The position numbers and the translations under genes are program-made. The notes under the pieces are model-generated. The model did not search any database, had not been told where the DNA came from, and saw nothing but the letters and a program-made list of their open reading frames with translations. Shown piece after piece: positions 1 through 13,446 of a stretch of 64,000 nt of DNA (its first letter is position 1; the number at the start of each line of letters is the position of its first letter). The stretch lies in NCBI GenBank assembly GCA_976551045.1, contig CDPCPM010000026.1:21576001-21640000 (forward strand). The letters are read 5' to 3'. Origin of the DNA: Glaucostegus cemiculus (lineage: Eukaryota).

Positions 1-156
1 AGCATCTGTGTGGGGGGAGGGGGGAGGGGGGAGGGGGGAGGGGGGAGGAATTGTTGAACTTGCGGCAGGGTTTCAAATCGAAATGTCGACGATTTCTTTC
101 CTCCCAGAGATGCTGCTCGACCTGCTGAGTTCCTCCAGCAGGTAGTTTGTTGTTCG
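1..156. mobile_element. Fold-back (inverted) remnant of a Penelope-like element 3' end, cut by the window edge, with a (GGGGGA)n expansion
   Basis: AGCATCTGTG...GGAATTGTTGA (1-57) is the inverse of GAAATGTCGACGATTTCTTTCCTCCCAGAGATGCTGCTCGACCTGCTGAGTTCCTCCAGC (80-140), which matches the PLE end at 24511-24571. Confidence 0.75.
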
Positions 157-1975
157 AGCTTGAATTGGTTGTTGAATCTTTGTTCCTAGTGATGGGTAAA
201 CTGTTAGCCCACTCTGCTGCCCCACCACCTTTTCTCCTCTGGCATCTTCCAGTAACACTGTCCTGTTGTTTATTAATATCTAGAGGAAAATGACCAAATA
301 TCTTCCAGATAAAAGCCACCATTTTGAGAGAGATATATTATTTTACTTCAGAAGTATTTATTAAAATAAAGAACCTTGATTTACATCAGTTTTATTGTAC
401 CCCCAAAAAATCACCCACAAAGTTTCCTGCTTGCCGGTCAGAAGTTATAAAGGAGAAAACACCCCCTTTAGCATTTGAGTATCTGATTCATTGAAATGCT
501 TTGCATTTAAATCCATTAATAAGGGGGGGGACAAGAAAGAAATGAATACCCTTTGCCTTTTATTGATATAAGTACATGTAAAATGCTTAAATGCAGTGTC
601 CATAGAAAGGATTTACAGAAACCTGGGCGCATACTGGTGTGCTCAGCCCAATTTAGAACACCACACATTTCAGTGGTTTCCTTACAAACCAATCCCTCTT
701 TGCAGTCTGGTGACCCCTGTGCAGCTGTGTTGTGCAGATCTCCAGCTGCTAGCATAACTTTTGCTTAGCACATGACCAATGACACTTTGTGTTCCTTCCA
801 TTTGTAGTCTGACTTTGTTGGGCAGGGCTTCAAAATAAAAGCAATGCCTAGTGGGCCATTTAAAAAGAAAATGCTTGATATCAAATGTGGTTTGGATAAT
901 ACACCTCACCTGGAATCATTTGCCACTAGGGAATCTCCCCGTTACAATGTCACAATGGAGACAAAGTGAAAGAGCCTGCTTTGAAATTAGCAAAGTAGGA
1001 GGTACAGCAAAAACTAAATAAATTGCTGCCTTTTATTGGAAGTTGGAAATCTGATGTGTTGTGTTTGTGAGAATTTTAAAAGCCCTGAAAAATGATGTTG
1101 AAGACTGCATCAATAATGGTGTTTAATTGCACCACTATTTACTGCATTTCAGAACCCTAATAAATAGGACTCTCAGTGCTGGAATGAATTACATAACCAA
1201 TCGTTATTTATGTGCATCTTTACAAGTCCCAGATTTTAGATATTTTTACATTTATTAGATTTAGATTGTTTTAAATGGTCCTATGAGTATGTAGAAAGTT
1301 AGGTATGCAACACATTGATTTTAGGTAATGTGTAAGTGCTCTAGTGTGATATACAGCAAGGGCTTCCCAAAAGAGTAGTGAGTTGGGGAAGGGAAGGGTG
1401 AGGGGAGGAGGAGGGAGACAGATAGGGTAGGGGATAGCAGGAGACCACAGAAGTAAAAACAGATCACAGGAGGGTAATAATAGATGATCATATCCAACCA
1501 AGGAGATGGACAGGTTACCTGTACTTCACTGATGGATTCAAGCAAATGATATCATGCGGGAACCAACTCGGAAAAGAAACCAGACCAATGGCTTCAACTT
1601 TCAGTGAATGGAAATTACCATTTGCAATGTTTCAAATCAAACATGCTTCCATGTGACATTCTGTGCTTGATTTTAATCAAGTCTTGTTTTGTAGTTCTGA
1701 CTGGTCTATTCCTTCTACTAAAATAGCACACAATGGAAAACTGAGATTTTTATGGCATAATATTGCAAAGTAACTGAAAGCCTTTGATACTCTTGGGCCT
1801 GATAACACTAAAATAGCAGAGGAAGATCCAGTATATTATTTTCTACATCCAATCATAGTTTTGTAGGATACAGCAATTAAACCTAGAGATGTTATTAAAA
1901 ATAGATTCAATACAGTAACAAAAGCAATCAACATACACTGTAAAAGAATGCAGTTCTGCGCAATGAGGCTGAGCT

Positions 1976-2054
1976 GGTTCACTGACCTGAAACGTTAGCT
2001 ACCTTTCCCATTTGCCTGACCTACTGAGTGTTTCATCTTCTGTTTTATTTCAGA
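1976..2054 (+). mobile_element. Penelope-end remnant (partial hammerhead core plus tail)
   Basis: TGACCTGAAACGTTAGC...TGCCTGACCTACTGAGTGTTTC...TTCTGTTTTATTTCAGA; same family as 20550, 27909 and 49548. Confidence 0.65.
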
Positions 2055-3741
2055 CATGTTTTTAGATCTGCTTCATACAATATTGTGGCAACAAAGTCAG
2101 GCATTCAGAGGAGATAAAGGCATTCAATTGGTGATAAAAAATTATGCATGACAAAGCTATTGGCGATATTGACAATATTTTTTGTGCACTGGTTAGGCTA
2201 GAACCCAAGAACCTGAGGCATGTTAACCTGAACTGACTCATCCCTCTCTCACAATGATGTTAAAGAAATAAAATATTGGTGTCATGGCACCCAGTCTGAG
2301 GATTTCTATGCAAAAGTAGTTTTCAGCACCATACAGAACCACTGTGATATTTAAATAATGGGAGAGCAATACAATTACAAGCAGAAGGATTCTATGTAAT
2401 TGTCACTTATATAAGCAGCTTTATTAAACAAAATATTTTTAAATTAATGTCAAAATGACAAGATGAATAGTGTCTAGACTGTTCTTGTAAAGTGACTTAA
2501 GCAGATAGCAAGTGAAAAGCTGAGTATTGTCCTTTCCCTAGTGAGGCCTGGAATGATCTTGGCTACATTTACACCACTCTGTTGGTCACATCCACAAGAG
2601 AAATTGTCCCTTTCCTTAGGCAACTGTTGTATCTCGAGCTCAAAAAGTATGAATAGCAAAATTATAATAGGAGCTCGCATGGACTGGAATCTGTATGAAA
2701 GGTGGTTAATATAGGTGCAAAGGATTACAGTTTTCCAATGCACCACACTACATGGAAGGCTCGAGACAAAATCAAGGCCTGGATGTATTGGCTGAATAGC
2801 AACTCCTCTAAGGTCCACCAAACTTTACCCTACAACTGGTTCCTTGGTGCTCTGTGCTCACCAAGATGTTGTAACTTTATGATAGTTTTCACTAAATAAA
2901 AAAAATCTTATTTTCTGAATCAGTTTTAAAGCAATCTTTCGAAAGAAGCAGTTAAGCATTGGCCGATTACGATTCAGACAATGCACTCCAGCACAATCTG
3001 CCAGCTTCCCTGCTTTGGAGAGCACAGACTGCGATCTCTGCCAAGAACTACTTCTGTTTCAAATTACTATCACTGTAGAACAACACATTCAGATGCTGCA
3101 ACGCAGCTAGCTTAGTCAGAGCCCTGCTGAAACATTAGCGTCCTTCCTGTCAACTCACTGGGCTTCACAACGTCTGCCAAATGAGCAGCTGTCAACCCAC
3201 CAATTCAAAGCTGTGGCAATACAGCCTGCTGATTCTGTTCTGATACATTACAAGTATTCATGAAACTCACCAACAGTACTCAAGTACATCCAAAATCTAT
3301 TTTTCTAAGTTTTTGTCAGGTACCTTATAAAAAGCACATACAAACTGGCAAGCAAATAAACTCATAGTAACAAAATATATTCACTTGATAGAAGAAGTTG
3401 GAATTCAAAGAAGAAATACTGGACTATTCCTCCTGAAAAAGTATCTATAGCTTTTATTTTAAATCATTTCAAAATCAAGGCCTAGTGATCACCAACAATT
3501 TGGACAGATGTAATTCAAACACAGTAGATTTATCTTTTATAATTTAAAAAAAAGGAGGTATTTGCTCACTGCCTTTTGATCCAAACATTTATTTTGGACA
3601 ATAATCCATTATTCATCCATTCTGTAATGACTCACATCACAGCACTTACAGCTTATCTCTGGCTTCCTATCAGAAGACAGAGATTATGCTCTATTGGAAC
3701 CTGACATCGACACTACAGCTATCTGCCAACATGATCAAAGC

Positions 3742-3960
3742 TCAAATTGGCAGCACTGATACCTCAGAGTCAAAAAGCCATGGGTTCACATTGCAATTGA
3801 GAAATTACTTACTACTGTGCAGCATTGAGGGAGTGCAGCATTGTCAGAATTGCTATTTGTCAAATGAGTTGTGAAACAGCTACTTGACAGAAAGCCACTC
3901 TGGCTGTTTAAATGTGGTGTTTGACTTAGAAAGGCATTGTCCTTCCAACAAGAAAATGGA
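3742..3960 (+). mobile_element. SacSINE1/DeuSINE-like SINE, 5' part, decayed
   Basis: GGCAGCACTGATACCTCAGAGTCAAAAAGCCATGGGTTCA head, then GTGCAGCATTGAGGGAGTGCAGCATTGTCAGA; matches the reverse complement of 45101-45538. Confidence 0.6.
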
Positions 3961-5489
3961 AGAAGGAACACAGTACAGAAATTCATTGAACTAGCCATGT
4001 TAGCACCAGTAGTGATGCTGTTGTCCATTTCACAACACTTCGGCATTGCCCTAACTCCAGGAGGACTGGCAATAAGGGAAATAGCCAAGGTGGGTCAGCC
4101 ATATTTACTCAAGAGTTTTCATCATACATAACTGAAGTTCCCAAAAACAACAATCGCCAAAACACATCCACTGTTTTAGGCTTGGTATTTGTAGCCTGAA
4201 GTTACTATCCTCAAGGGGTTATTTTTATTCTACTTGGCTTCCTGTTGCTAGGCTGAAACAGTAGTTACTGATGGCTAGCCAGTTCCATTCTGGAACTCTG
4301 CACCATGCTCTATTGTTTTATTGCCTTGAGCCTCTACATCATTGAATGAGATTAACTTTACTGCATGCCTCCACTGGTCAGCAAGACCTGATATAGCAAC
4401 CCATATCAAATACAGTTTTGCAAACAGTCGAATTAATGTAAGATATTACCACAGCAAAAATATCCTACGGTCTCCACTAAGAATAAATTACCAGCATTGC
4501 CAACACAGGCAAATGAATATCCTTGATAAAGAGGATATTTATTCAAGTGAATACTAATTAAAGCAAATCTAAGCCATTGTTACACAGCCAGTTTTATTTT
4601 AGTTCTCACCATGTGAATGTGTCAAGTTCTAACCTAATTAAATATCTGAATCTCTTGACTCCAGCTTTGTTTCTGAGAGTAGTGCGTTTACTCCAAGTAA
4701 TCCTAGGCTTTTGACCTTGCTGATATACAAAAGTGAAATCAGTAGGTACAAACAATTTATCTTTTCAAGCACTATTAGAGGTATGACAGACATTTTATTC
4801 AATCATATAAACCACTATTTAAATAAAACCAGTCATGCAACAATTAATTTATTCTTCTGATTGATTATTTAAATAACCAATCAAATACACCAATACAATA
4901 GACTCCCCCACTCCCAGGCTTTGGTTCCAAGCAGAAGATCTAGAATTGGTGATTTTAATGTGCATGGTGCCACCTCAAACCCCCATAAACCCACTAGAGG
5001 TCTCAGACTGAACTGGCACAAGTCCCCAGCACAGCGACACGTTAACATACATTTTCATGCATTGAAGTACTCCTATGCTGTATATTTTCTTGGAAGATGT
5101 TCCACTAAGGTGATATGAACTACATGAGATAAGAAGCTTCTTCTTGGAATCATGCTAAAAGACGATTTCAATTACAGGACACAAATGCAGCTTACAAAAC
5201 AGTTCTAAGTTTAGAAATGGAAGTCACTTGTGACTCAACCTGAACAATATTTAGTATTTTTCTTCCTGATTTCTACTGAAATTGCAGACACAAAAGCATG
5301 TGGACTTAACACACAAAGATATCAACTCGCCTAGAAACCTAGAACAAAATCTTAAATTGATCCTACTTCCTATGTAGTACAAATTGATTATATAAAAAAA
5401 ACCTCAGAACTTGACTGTCTCAACTTTGGCACAGAAAGACAACAGTAAAATTACATAGGATTATATAGGGGAAGAAAACAGCACATAAA

Positions 5490-5850
5490 TGTTTGTTTTG
5501 GCCCAACCAGTCCATGATAGCACACATGCCGCATTCAAGCCATCTCCCATCTTTCCTCATGCAAATTGTTTAGTGTAACCCTCTATTCCCTTCTCCCTTA
5601 TAAACTTGTCCAGCCTCTGTTTAATGCATCTGTTGCTTCAACCACTCTCTCTGGTAGTGAGTTCCATTCTCACTGCTGAGTTCCCTTTCTGTTTATTTGG
5701 TGACCTCTAGTTACATTTTCTCCCAATATATGAAAATATTCTCCTTGCATCCACTCTACTAACACCCTTTGTAATCTTACGTATGTTACAAGATTAGTCC
5801 AGAACTTACTTTTCTCATGAGGGAGAAAATAACTAGTCTATCCTTGTTGA
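5490..5850 (-). mobile_element. CR1 LINE 3' end fragment, decayed
   Basis: TTTTGGCCCAACCAGTCCATG, CTATTCCCTTCTCCC, TCAACCACTCTCTCTGGTAGTGAGTTCCA resemble a reverse-complemented CR1 ORF2 C-terminus/3' UTR. Confidence 0.55.
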
Positions 5851-6964
5851 TATTTCTGGTATCAACCTTGTGAATCTTCCTTGCACCCTCACATGCCAAA
5901 TTCTTGCTCAAGAAAAATAACTAGATTTTAGTGAAAGCAAATATGTTTTATTACTGGGTAAAAAAAACTGGAGAGGTGCAAAATGCCTCTGCCAACTGAA
6001 AATAACCAAAAGCACAAGTTTGAAAATTTTCTTGCATAAATGCACTTAACTGTAGGTAATTAAACCCATATTCTGATAAACTAACTATGAAGTTTTGTTT
6101 TAAATCATCCCCATTTGAAGATGTACCATTTTTTGTGAGTGTGTGGGAGTGCAGTATTTTATAAACCTACTCATTTTACATTGTAAGCTAAAGGTTCTAA
6201 TCAGGAATATAAAGTGATTTCTACCACATTTTTATCTACACAAGCCATTCTGATTGAGCCAAAGATTAATGGAAGTCACTATTAAAAGTCCAAAGCCTTG
6301 ATCATTTGCATCTCCAATCTACTTCAAGATGTATAAGTTGCTCATTCCTTTTAATTTTGGTTTTCTCAGCCAGATTTCAGAAATATCAAAAAAGCTTTTT
6401 TAAAAAAAAAATCACTTCTTCATTTAAAGTTTTATATATATGGTTTCTGCCTTTTGTTCTGATGGACTCAAAGCTGTGTCACAGAATAAGAATCCTTCTT
6501 TTATATTTCAAGTTAATGAGACTTTTTCCAGCATTACTTTGAATTCATATCATAATTAGGTAGAAATGGTACAAAATCTGTAGTTCAGAAGATGCATATT
6601 TAATGGTCTAAAATGTTAATAAATGCTTTCAATCGCAATTAAACTTGCATAATTGATCTTAAATTTACAGTGTTCCCACAGTTTCATATTCCAGAAATGT
6701 AGCATATTTCTGCAATATAAAACACATCTGTGGGAACTTTACATTACTTCTTTTTCCATTTCCTTCTCAACAGATTATGCAGACAACAAAATAATTCCTA
6801 AAAAAGGAACTAGGTATAGGGAATCTATGGCCATTGTGCTCTGCAGATCCCGAGTTTTGCTAGGTCAAGAACCTGACTGGCTTGTTTTCAGATTCACCCT
6901 CCTCTGGTGAAGCAACCGTCCTCCACTGCTCCACTAGCCCACATCCCTGGCAACCAACCTCAGA

Positions 6965-7968
6965 TTCCTTGTACTTTTTCCAAGTTTGCTGATGATACAA
7001 AGCATATTAGAGGCGTGGGTTTGAGCTGGATACATAGGGGATGTATGCAAGCAGAATGAAAGAGCAAGGCCATGGAATATGATATGAAAAAATGTGAAGT
7101 ACAAAAAATAGAAAAGCAGAAAAAAATTTTAATGGATGAGAGACTGAAAAACACTGATGCTTTGAAAGACCTAGGTGTCCTGTGCACAAGTGACTGAAAG
7201 TTAAAATGCAGGTACAGTAATCAATCAGAAAGTCAAATAGTTCTGATGAAAAATTATTGATCTGAAACATGAATTGTGTTTCTAACTCCACACTGACTTG
7301 CTGAGTATCTCAAGCATGTTGTATTTTTATTTATGGAAAATGTTGCTTTTTGTTGTGTGAGGATTTGAGTACAAGAGTGAAGGCCTCTTAAATGCAATGA
7401 TATCTGACATTGGTGAGAGCTCACCTGCAGTATATATAGGCCAGGTCTCCCCACCCAAGGAAGGATTTACTTAACAACAGAGGGAATACAATGACTTCTT
7501 GGATGGTGAAGGATTGTGGTGGGGGGAGTGGGGAAAGATTGAGCAATCTGGGTTTATTCTCTATGGAATTTAGGAGAACGAGAGGTGATCTCATTGAAAC
7601 ATGCAAAATTCTTCCATGTTTTGACACGGTAGATGCAGGGATGACATTTTCTCTGGTTGGGGTGTGTAGAACCAGCAGTCACAGTCTCAAAATAAGGGCT
7701 TGACCATTCAGGACTGAGACGAGAAGGAATTTCTTTACCACAGTGCAATGATTCTTCAGAAGTCTCTACCAAAGAGGGCTGTGGAGGCTCTGCTACTGAG
7801 TATATTCAAGGCAAAGATTGACAGATTTTTGAATATCAAAGGAATCAAGGGTTACAGGGTTAGTGCAAGGCAGTAAAGGGAAAAGAGCAACCTTGGGAAC
7901 GAGTGGCAGAGCAGGCATGAGGTGGCAAATAGCCGACTCCTGATTCTTTTTCTGATGTTCGCATGTCC
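6965..7968 (+). mobile_element. CR1 LINE ORF2 3' part (RT to 3' UTR), pseudogenised
   Basis: SKFADDTK encoded at ~6978-7001; LGLFSMEFRRTRGDLIETCKIL in ORF 7491-7703; CR1-type 3' end; interrupted by a PLE remnant at 7240-7332. Confidence 0.85.
7240..7332 (+). mobile_element. Penelope-end remnant with degenerate hammerhead core, nested in CR1
   Basis: GTT CTGATGA AAAATTATTGATCT GAAACAT...CTGACTTGCTGAGTATCTCAAGCAT. Confidence 0.65.
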
Positions 7969-9049
7969 TCATTTATTGACTTGATTCAAGGCAGCAGCAT
8001 GAAACAAGACAACAGAAGTTATTTACAGCTAAATGGATGTACAGGAAAAAGTACCTTGATATCATTCAGAAGCTGTAAATTATAAAGTTACAGGAAATCT
8101 TTTATGGCCACAAAATGCACAAGCAGCTATTATTAATGGCTCATTTTGTAAATGTACAGCCAGTATGAAACACCTTGTAGATGAGGTTTGGAAGGACTGA
8201 GATTTGGACCGCATCTGTATTGATTTAGTTCTTCTCAATGGGGGCATAGCAATATATCACCAGACTTAGAAAGGAGAAAGATAACCATAATTCTTAATCT
8301 TGATCACTGTATTATGAAGCATGCATTTGTAAATGTAAATTGATATCAGAATCAGGCTTAATTCTAATAGCTTCCATGGTGGTGGAGCCAAATGATGTAT
8401 ACCAGCTTGGTTTATATTTGAGGAATGGCTGTTCAAGGAACACACCAGCACCTGGTGAAGCATTCCCAAACTTGAGGTTGCAACTACAGTAAAATTAGAA
8501 GGGAAAAGATTTGAGGAAAAAAAACATACTGAGATCTTGTGATACCTGTGTGCACTGCTTTTAAGCTGTTTTGGATCAATTCAGTTTGCTTAAGATCATC
8601 ACCAGTGTCGACAATCTTTGCCAAATGTAGTAATTATGTTTATTTTAATTATGAAGCTGTAGCTTTATACTGTTTTGTTTGGATTAAATCATTCAGATGT
8701 GATTGTGCTGATTACATTGAATGGGAATCATTTAACAACCTGTGTTTTCACAGCCCATGATTAATCTGTAGTATCCAACATCTCAATGGTTTCCCCAGAT
8801 ATTATCCTACAGTTTGTGCTATTTAAAATAGCATGAATTATCCATACCTTTTATCCTGGGAGAGGAACAGATTTTAACTCAAACTTCAGCACTGCTGGAT
8901 GGTATCTGTTGTTACTGCGTTGGTTCTTACTTGTGCATGCAAGCAGAATCTCAGGAAATAACCTGCTTAAATGTCTGCTGCCTCAGTATGCTCAATTTAA
9001 GATTGTTTATTTGAGTCGCTATTTAATTTTGTGGATCCAATGTTGTTAA

Positions 9050-9182
9050 TGTCTTTCTGTCTTTGTGTGTCTCATTGTTTTTTTAATGTGACGAGCACCT
9101 TGATCTGTGGAGTACGGTATTTCGCTCCTATGCATGCTGAATGTGTATATGGTAGTGACAATAAAACTGATTCTGATTCTGA
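9050..9182 (+). mobile_element. Non-LTR retroelement 3' tail ending GTGACAATAAAA-(CTGATT)n
   Basis: GACGAGCACCT...CGGTATTTCGCTCCTATGCAT...GTGACAATAAAACTGATTCTGATTCTGA; inverted sister copy at 36426-36560. Confidence 0.65.
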
Positions 9183-9409
9183 AATTAAAATGCCTTCCCA
9201 GCTCAATTCTTTGATCGAGCAGAGGTCAGCCTCAGGAACATGCACTCAACCCTAGCCTCTGCTTTTTACTGTCTGGGATCTCACTGATCACAGGACAACT
9301 CCAGGACCTCACATAAAAGAGTGGAGGAGAGTCACATGACTGCACATGATATTTAATTGCAGTTAGACTAACAACTGGTAAACTTGCAACAACTGCCATC
9401 AGGAAGAAC

Positions 9410-9587
9410 AAACAATCTGCTGGAGGAACTCAGTGGGCTGAGCAGCATCTGTGGCCGGGAAGGAATTGTCGACGTTTCAACCCAAAACATAAACAATTCT
9501 TTCCCCCCTCACAGATGCTGCTTGACCCGATGCGCTTCTCCAGCAGATTGTTGTTTCAGACTACAGCATCTGCAGTCTCTTGTGTCT
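9410..9587. mobile_element. Fold-back Penelope-end mini-element (~70-bp imperfect arms)
   Basis: 9410-9478 AAACAATCTGCTGGAGGAACTCAG...GAATTGTCGACGTTTC is inverted at 9484-9552; ends CAGCATCTGCAGTCTCTTGTGTCT like the PLE terminus at 24596-24620. Confidence 0.8.
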
Positions 9588-12500
9588 TGCACCAGGAAGA
9601 GTTTGCTGTAGTTCAAGAATGGAAGGAACTCATTTGGCCCACTGTGTCCATGTCAGATCTTAGCTCAAAGCAATCCAAAGCTAACTCAGTTACCTTGCAT
9701 TCTTCCAATGATTCTGTACCTTTACTATCTTCAGCAATGCTTTCATTTTTTCACTTAAAAGGTGCAATAGTCACTGCTTCGATGACTCTCTGTGGCTAAA
9801 CATTTAGTGTTTAAGAAGCTTCACTTTTTTCTCCCAAACTTTTCCTTATTCTCTCTTGGGTCAGGTGAACACAAAATCATTTTGCTCCCAAGGCAGGGGA
9901 ACAATAGAACAGTCAGCCCGCAGTCAGTCACCACTGGAAAAACAATATTGTTCCAGCTTGAGAGCTCCGCCCTGCCAGAGATACCCTTCTGCTCCATGAT
10001 TGAGAATGCCAGTCTTTTGGCATGAATAAACTATCTGAACTAAATTGCATTAATATTGCTGTTACAGGGATAGGAAGTACTTTGTTGATACTGCAGTTAA
10101 GGAGAGAGGAAGTATGCAAATACAGCTCATACTGGACTTCAAACCTGAGCTGAGCAAACTTTATATTAGATAATGTAACAATTATCGAATATCTTCCTTA
10201 GCAATAAGACCCTGTAATGTAAACAATACATAATTGTAAAAGGATCAATAGCTGCAATCATTTTGGCTATGTTAATTGTAAATAAAATTGCTATAACATG
10301 TCAACCTCATTTCCTTTCTCTCAGCATCATCCTAACAGACGACCATGCCAGGTTCCCATTATGTGCTCGGAACTTTATAGGTTCTCAATCAGACCTGATC
10401 AATGTGTCGAGATAATGCATGGAGTAAGTAAGACTCCTTCAAAATGCAACTTTAAAATCAATGGAGGGGACAACATAATGAGTGGTGTCCAAAGCCCAGA
10501 GGAAACCATACACTGTGCTGCTTGCGATTATATTTTATCATGGGCCGATAAACAGATCACTTTTAATGAGTACACAGCATATGCATGTTACTCAGGTCTT
10601 TTAGTTTCCCAGGAGAGCAAAGGTATATTAGTGCTGTAAACATCTTGAGTGGTCAGCAGTTCTACAGGTGCAAGCCTCTTAAATCTTAAAATAAAGCCAA
10701 AAAATACAATTTTTAAATCCATGGGAATAATCAACATGAAAATTAAAGAAATGGGCATATCCTTTTCCAGACAAATGGCCTTCAACTAGCAAATATTTCT
10801 CTCTGAAGAAAATCATGTTTTGCAGTGCTAGAAGGAACCCTTATACCCTGAGAAAATGTGCGTTTGTAGATGGATCCTGGTTTTATAAGAAAGAGAGGCA
10901 AGTGGTAGCAACTCAACAAATCTAGGAATCCCAGTTTGAAAGAAACAACGATTAATGTAAAAAATTATTTTTCAAAGATGATGCTTTTCACAGGTTGGCT
11001 GATTCCATTCTTTGTTGGATGATGCTGCAAATATCCATTTAAGTATCCCCCGACTTTGCAATTTTTCTTTACAGGTTTTAAACCCACAATTGCCATTATC
11101 TGACCTTCCTCATTTCTCTTATTCTCTTTCATCACAGTGAGGCCTTGACCAACTCCCCATCAGCTGGATTTTTTCTGCAGCCAAGGTCAAGACGGTGATG
11201 GTATCACAGTGTTTGATAATTCTGATTAAAATAAACAAGGAAACAACCTTATCTACATGGGAGGTTCTAGTTTCAGTTGATAGATTTATAAAACTGCTAA
11301 GTTTGCCAATGATTCTAGGAAGAGGAGTTTCTCTTTTGTTCCGCACACTCAGAAATGTGAGGATTTCCAAGCAGAAAGCTCTGTGACCTCACAACCAGAG
11401 GGCAAGAACTCCCAACAATCCCTCCACACCATGTAGCGCTACAATCACTTACTGAAAAGAATGGATGCGTAAATGAAATTGATAAAGTTAACACTAAGAA
11501 TTAGATGGTGAAGGAATGTTCCGGGTGTTAAGTGGGTCTTGCTTCGGACCCTGGAGTAAACCAGTGGCTAAAACAACCCTGTGACAGCACCCGAGAAAAT
11601 GTTTCAGTATTGTCACCATGTTGCATTCCGTTTTAATTGCCACTTGTCATTTTAAGATAGCCATTTGCCACCTGGCCACTAGATTTTTATCCATTACACA
11701 CTAATGAGCACTAAAATGTAAATGAATACAAAAAACTGGACCTATTTAGATAAAGACAATTGCGTTCTCGAGACCTGGGGCAATCACACCCATTAGTCAG
11801 TCACAGACACAGTGATGTGTAACAGACATTTACAAAGACAAGGCTGTGATGCTGTCCAGCTGGGACCAAACCTGCTATGAATTTGGCAGGGAATAAAATT
11901 CATGAAGGGTCAGGCTGTGTTGAAAGGCCCTCAGTTTTCTCACACTTTCCCTTTAATTCCAGGCAGAGTCTCGCTTCAGCAAGAACCTATCTGAACAATC
12001 TTAGGTCAAGTTCAGAGATGTAAAACACAGCCTTCTCACAATCAGGAGTGACTGGGTTTGTGGCTTACCATGGTGTTATTTATGGAGAGAAAATAAATGT
12101 AGATAACGACAGAGATAGCATATACACTTCATACATTTTAAGCAAAGACCACAATGCTTGCCTTTGTTGTTAGTCTGCACCAACTGTGTTGGAAAAGTAT
12201 TAGAAGTAATAGATTCCAGGCATTGTTTTATGTCATAGGTAGCCTACCAAATAACTTGGAACATCTCACAGCAATTTTAAAGCCATTAAGGTAAAGTTGC
12301 TTAATATTGTGTGAACTAAGTGTCACCATAGCCTGTTGAAACTATTAAAGTAAATATTCAGATTTAGAAAGTTTTAGAAGGATGTATCTTGTATGGATAA
12401 ATACTTTTAAAATTGGTATACCTCATTTAATCAGAAGTATGTTTAAAATGCAAGATATGAAACTGGCCAATGCCACAAGTTGGAGGAAAAGACTGTTTTA

Positions 12501-12674
12501 CACCATATTTTGCTTTTCCTCCTGCAAGGAAAAGAATATCAGCCAAGTTATTAGTAATCTGACATACACTTCAGTTCTTTTACCATTTTCAAACCCATTA
12601 TCTATTTAAAAGCTGTGAGATGTGAGCTCTAAATTCAGCTTACAACCGCGAATTGCAATGCTGTACAACTATTC

Positions 12675-12684
12675 CTGTCAATCA
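12675..12684 (-). promoter_or_regulatory. Perfect PBX-MEIS/PREP decamer TGATTGACAG
   Basis: CTGTCAATCA on the + strand; motif only, function untested. Confidence 0.4.
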
Positions 12685-13209
12685 GAGGACAAGGAACAAC
12701 TGGACTTTTCAATGACATCCCATTCCCCAGAATAGGAGAGTAAACCAACTGAATCAACCCACTTTGAAATAATGCTTCTGCAAATTAGCACACCTTCATG
12801 ATAAACTTTAGGACACTAACAGTTATTTGTGGTGCATGCCAGCCAGTTCAATGAAATAGATTCTATCCCTGTTCAGAGAAAAGGAGGAGGTACATTTTTC
12901 TTCCTGCACACCCAAACCAGTGAACAGCAACCTATTGCAGAGGCAAACAGGATCACGATCAATGACTGCAGCAACCAAAGAGGAAAGGAGTCACTTTCCT
13001 TCCCAAATAGGGCCTCTCCCCAAGGAATAGCAAAGCCTGTTACTTGGTTAAAAAAAAATAAATTTAGCTTCTCTTGCCATTGTTATTCCAAAATGAGGTT
13101 GAATATTTCTATATTGTGATTAAATTAAGGCTTACATGTACTTTGACCTTGCTCTTACTACACTATCGGGGTGTAGAATAAAAAAAACTGTCCTTTTTTT
13201 TAAAAACGA

Positions 13210-13446
13210 AAGGTAAATGACACCAGCCCGACAGTCTGTCATGTCTGCCATTTGTCATACAAATGAGTCACTGGGACAATTGTTTGCACTGACTGCTGGG
13301 ATTGGCATTAATGACAGATGTGGGCTACACTGTCAAAACTGAACTCGCTATTACAACTGAACACTCCTAATGATTAATAAGGTGCATTGAAATTAAAGTC
13401 AGCACAAGCAACATTAGAAGAATGTCATTCGTCACTGACAATAAAT
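13210..13446. promoter_or_regulatory. Candidate conserved non-coding element (enhancer-like)
   Basis: Non-repetitive block dense in TGACA/TGTCA, TAAT/ATTA and an AP-1 TGAGTCA (13264-13270). Confidence 0.4.

Noticed and set aside
4921-5118. GDFNVH and PTRG motifs suggesting an APE endonuclease
   Set aside because: Motifs are too close together and have no supporting context; may be a tiny LINE relic but I cannot support it
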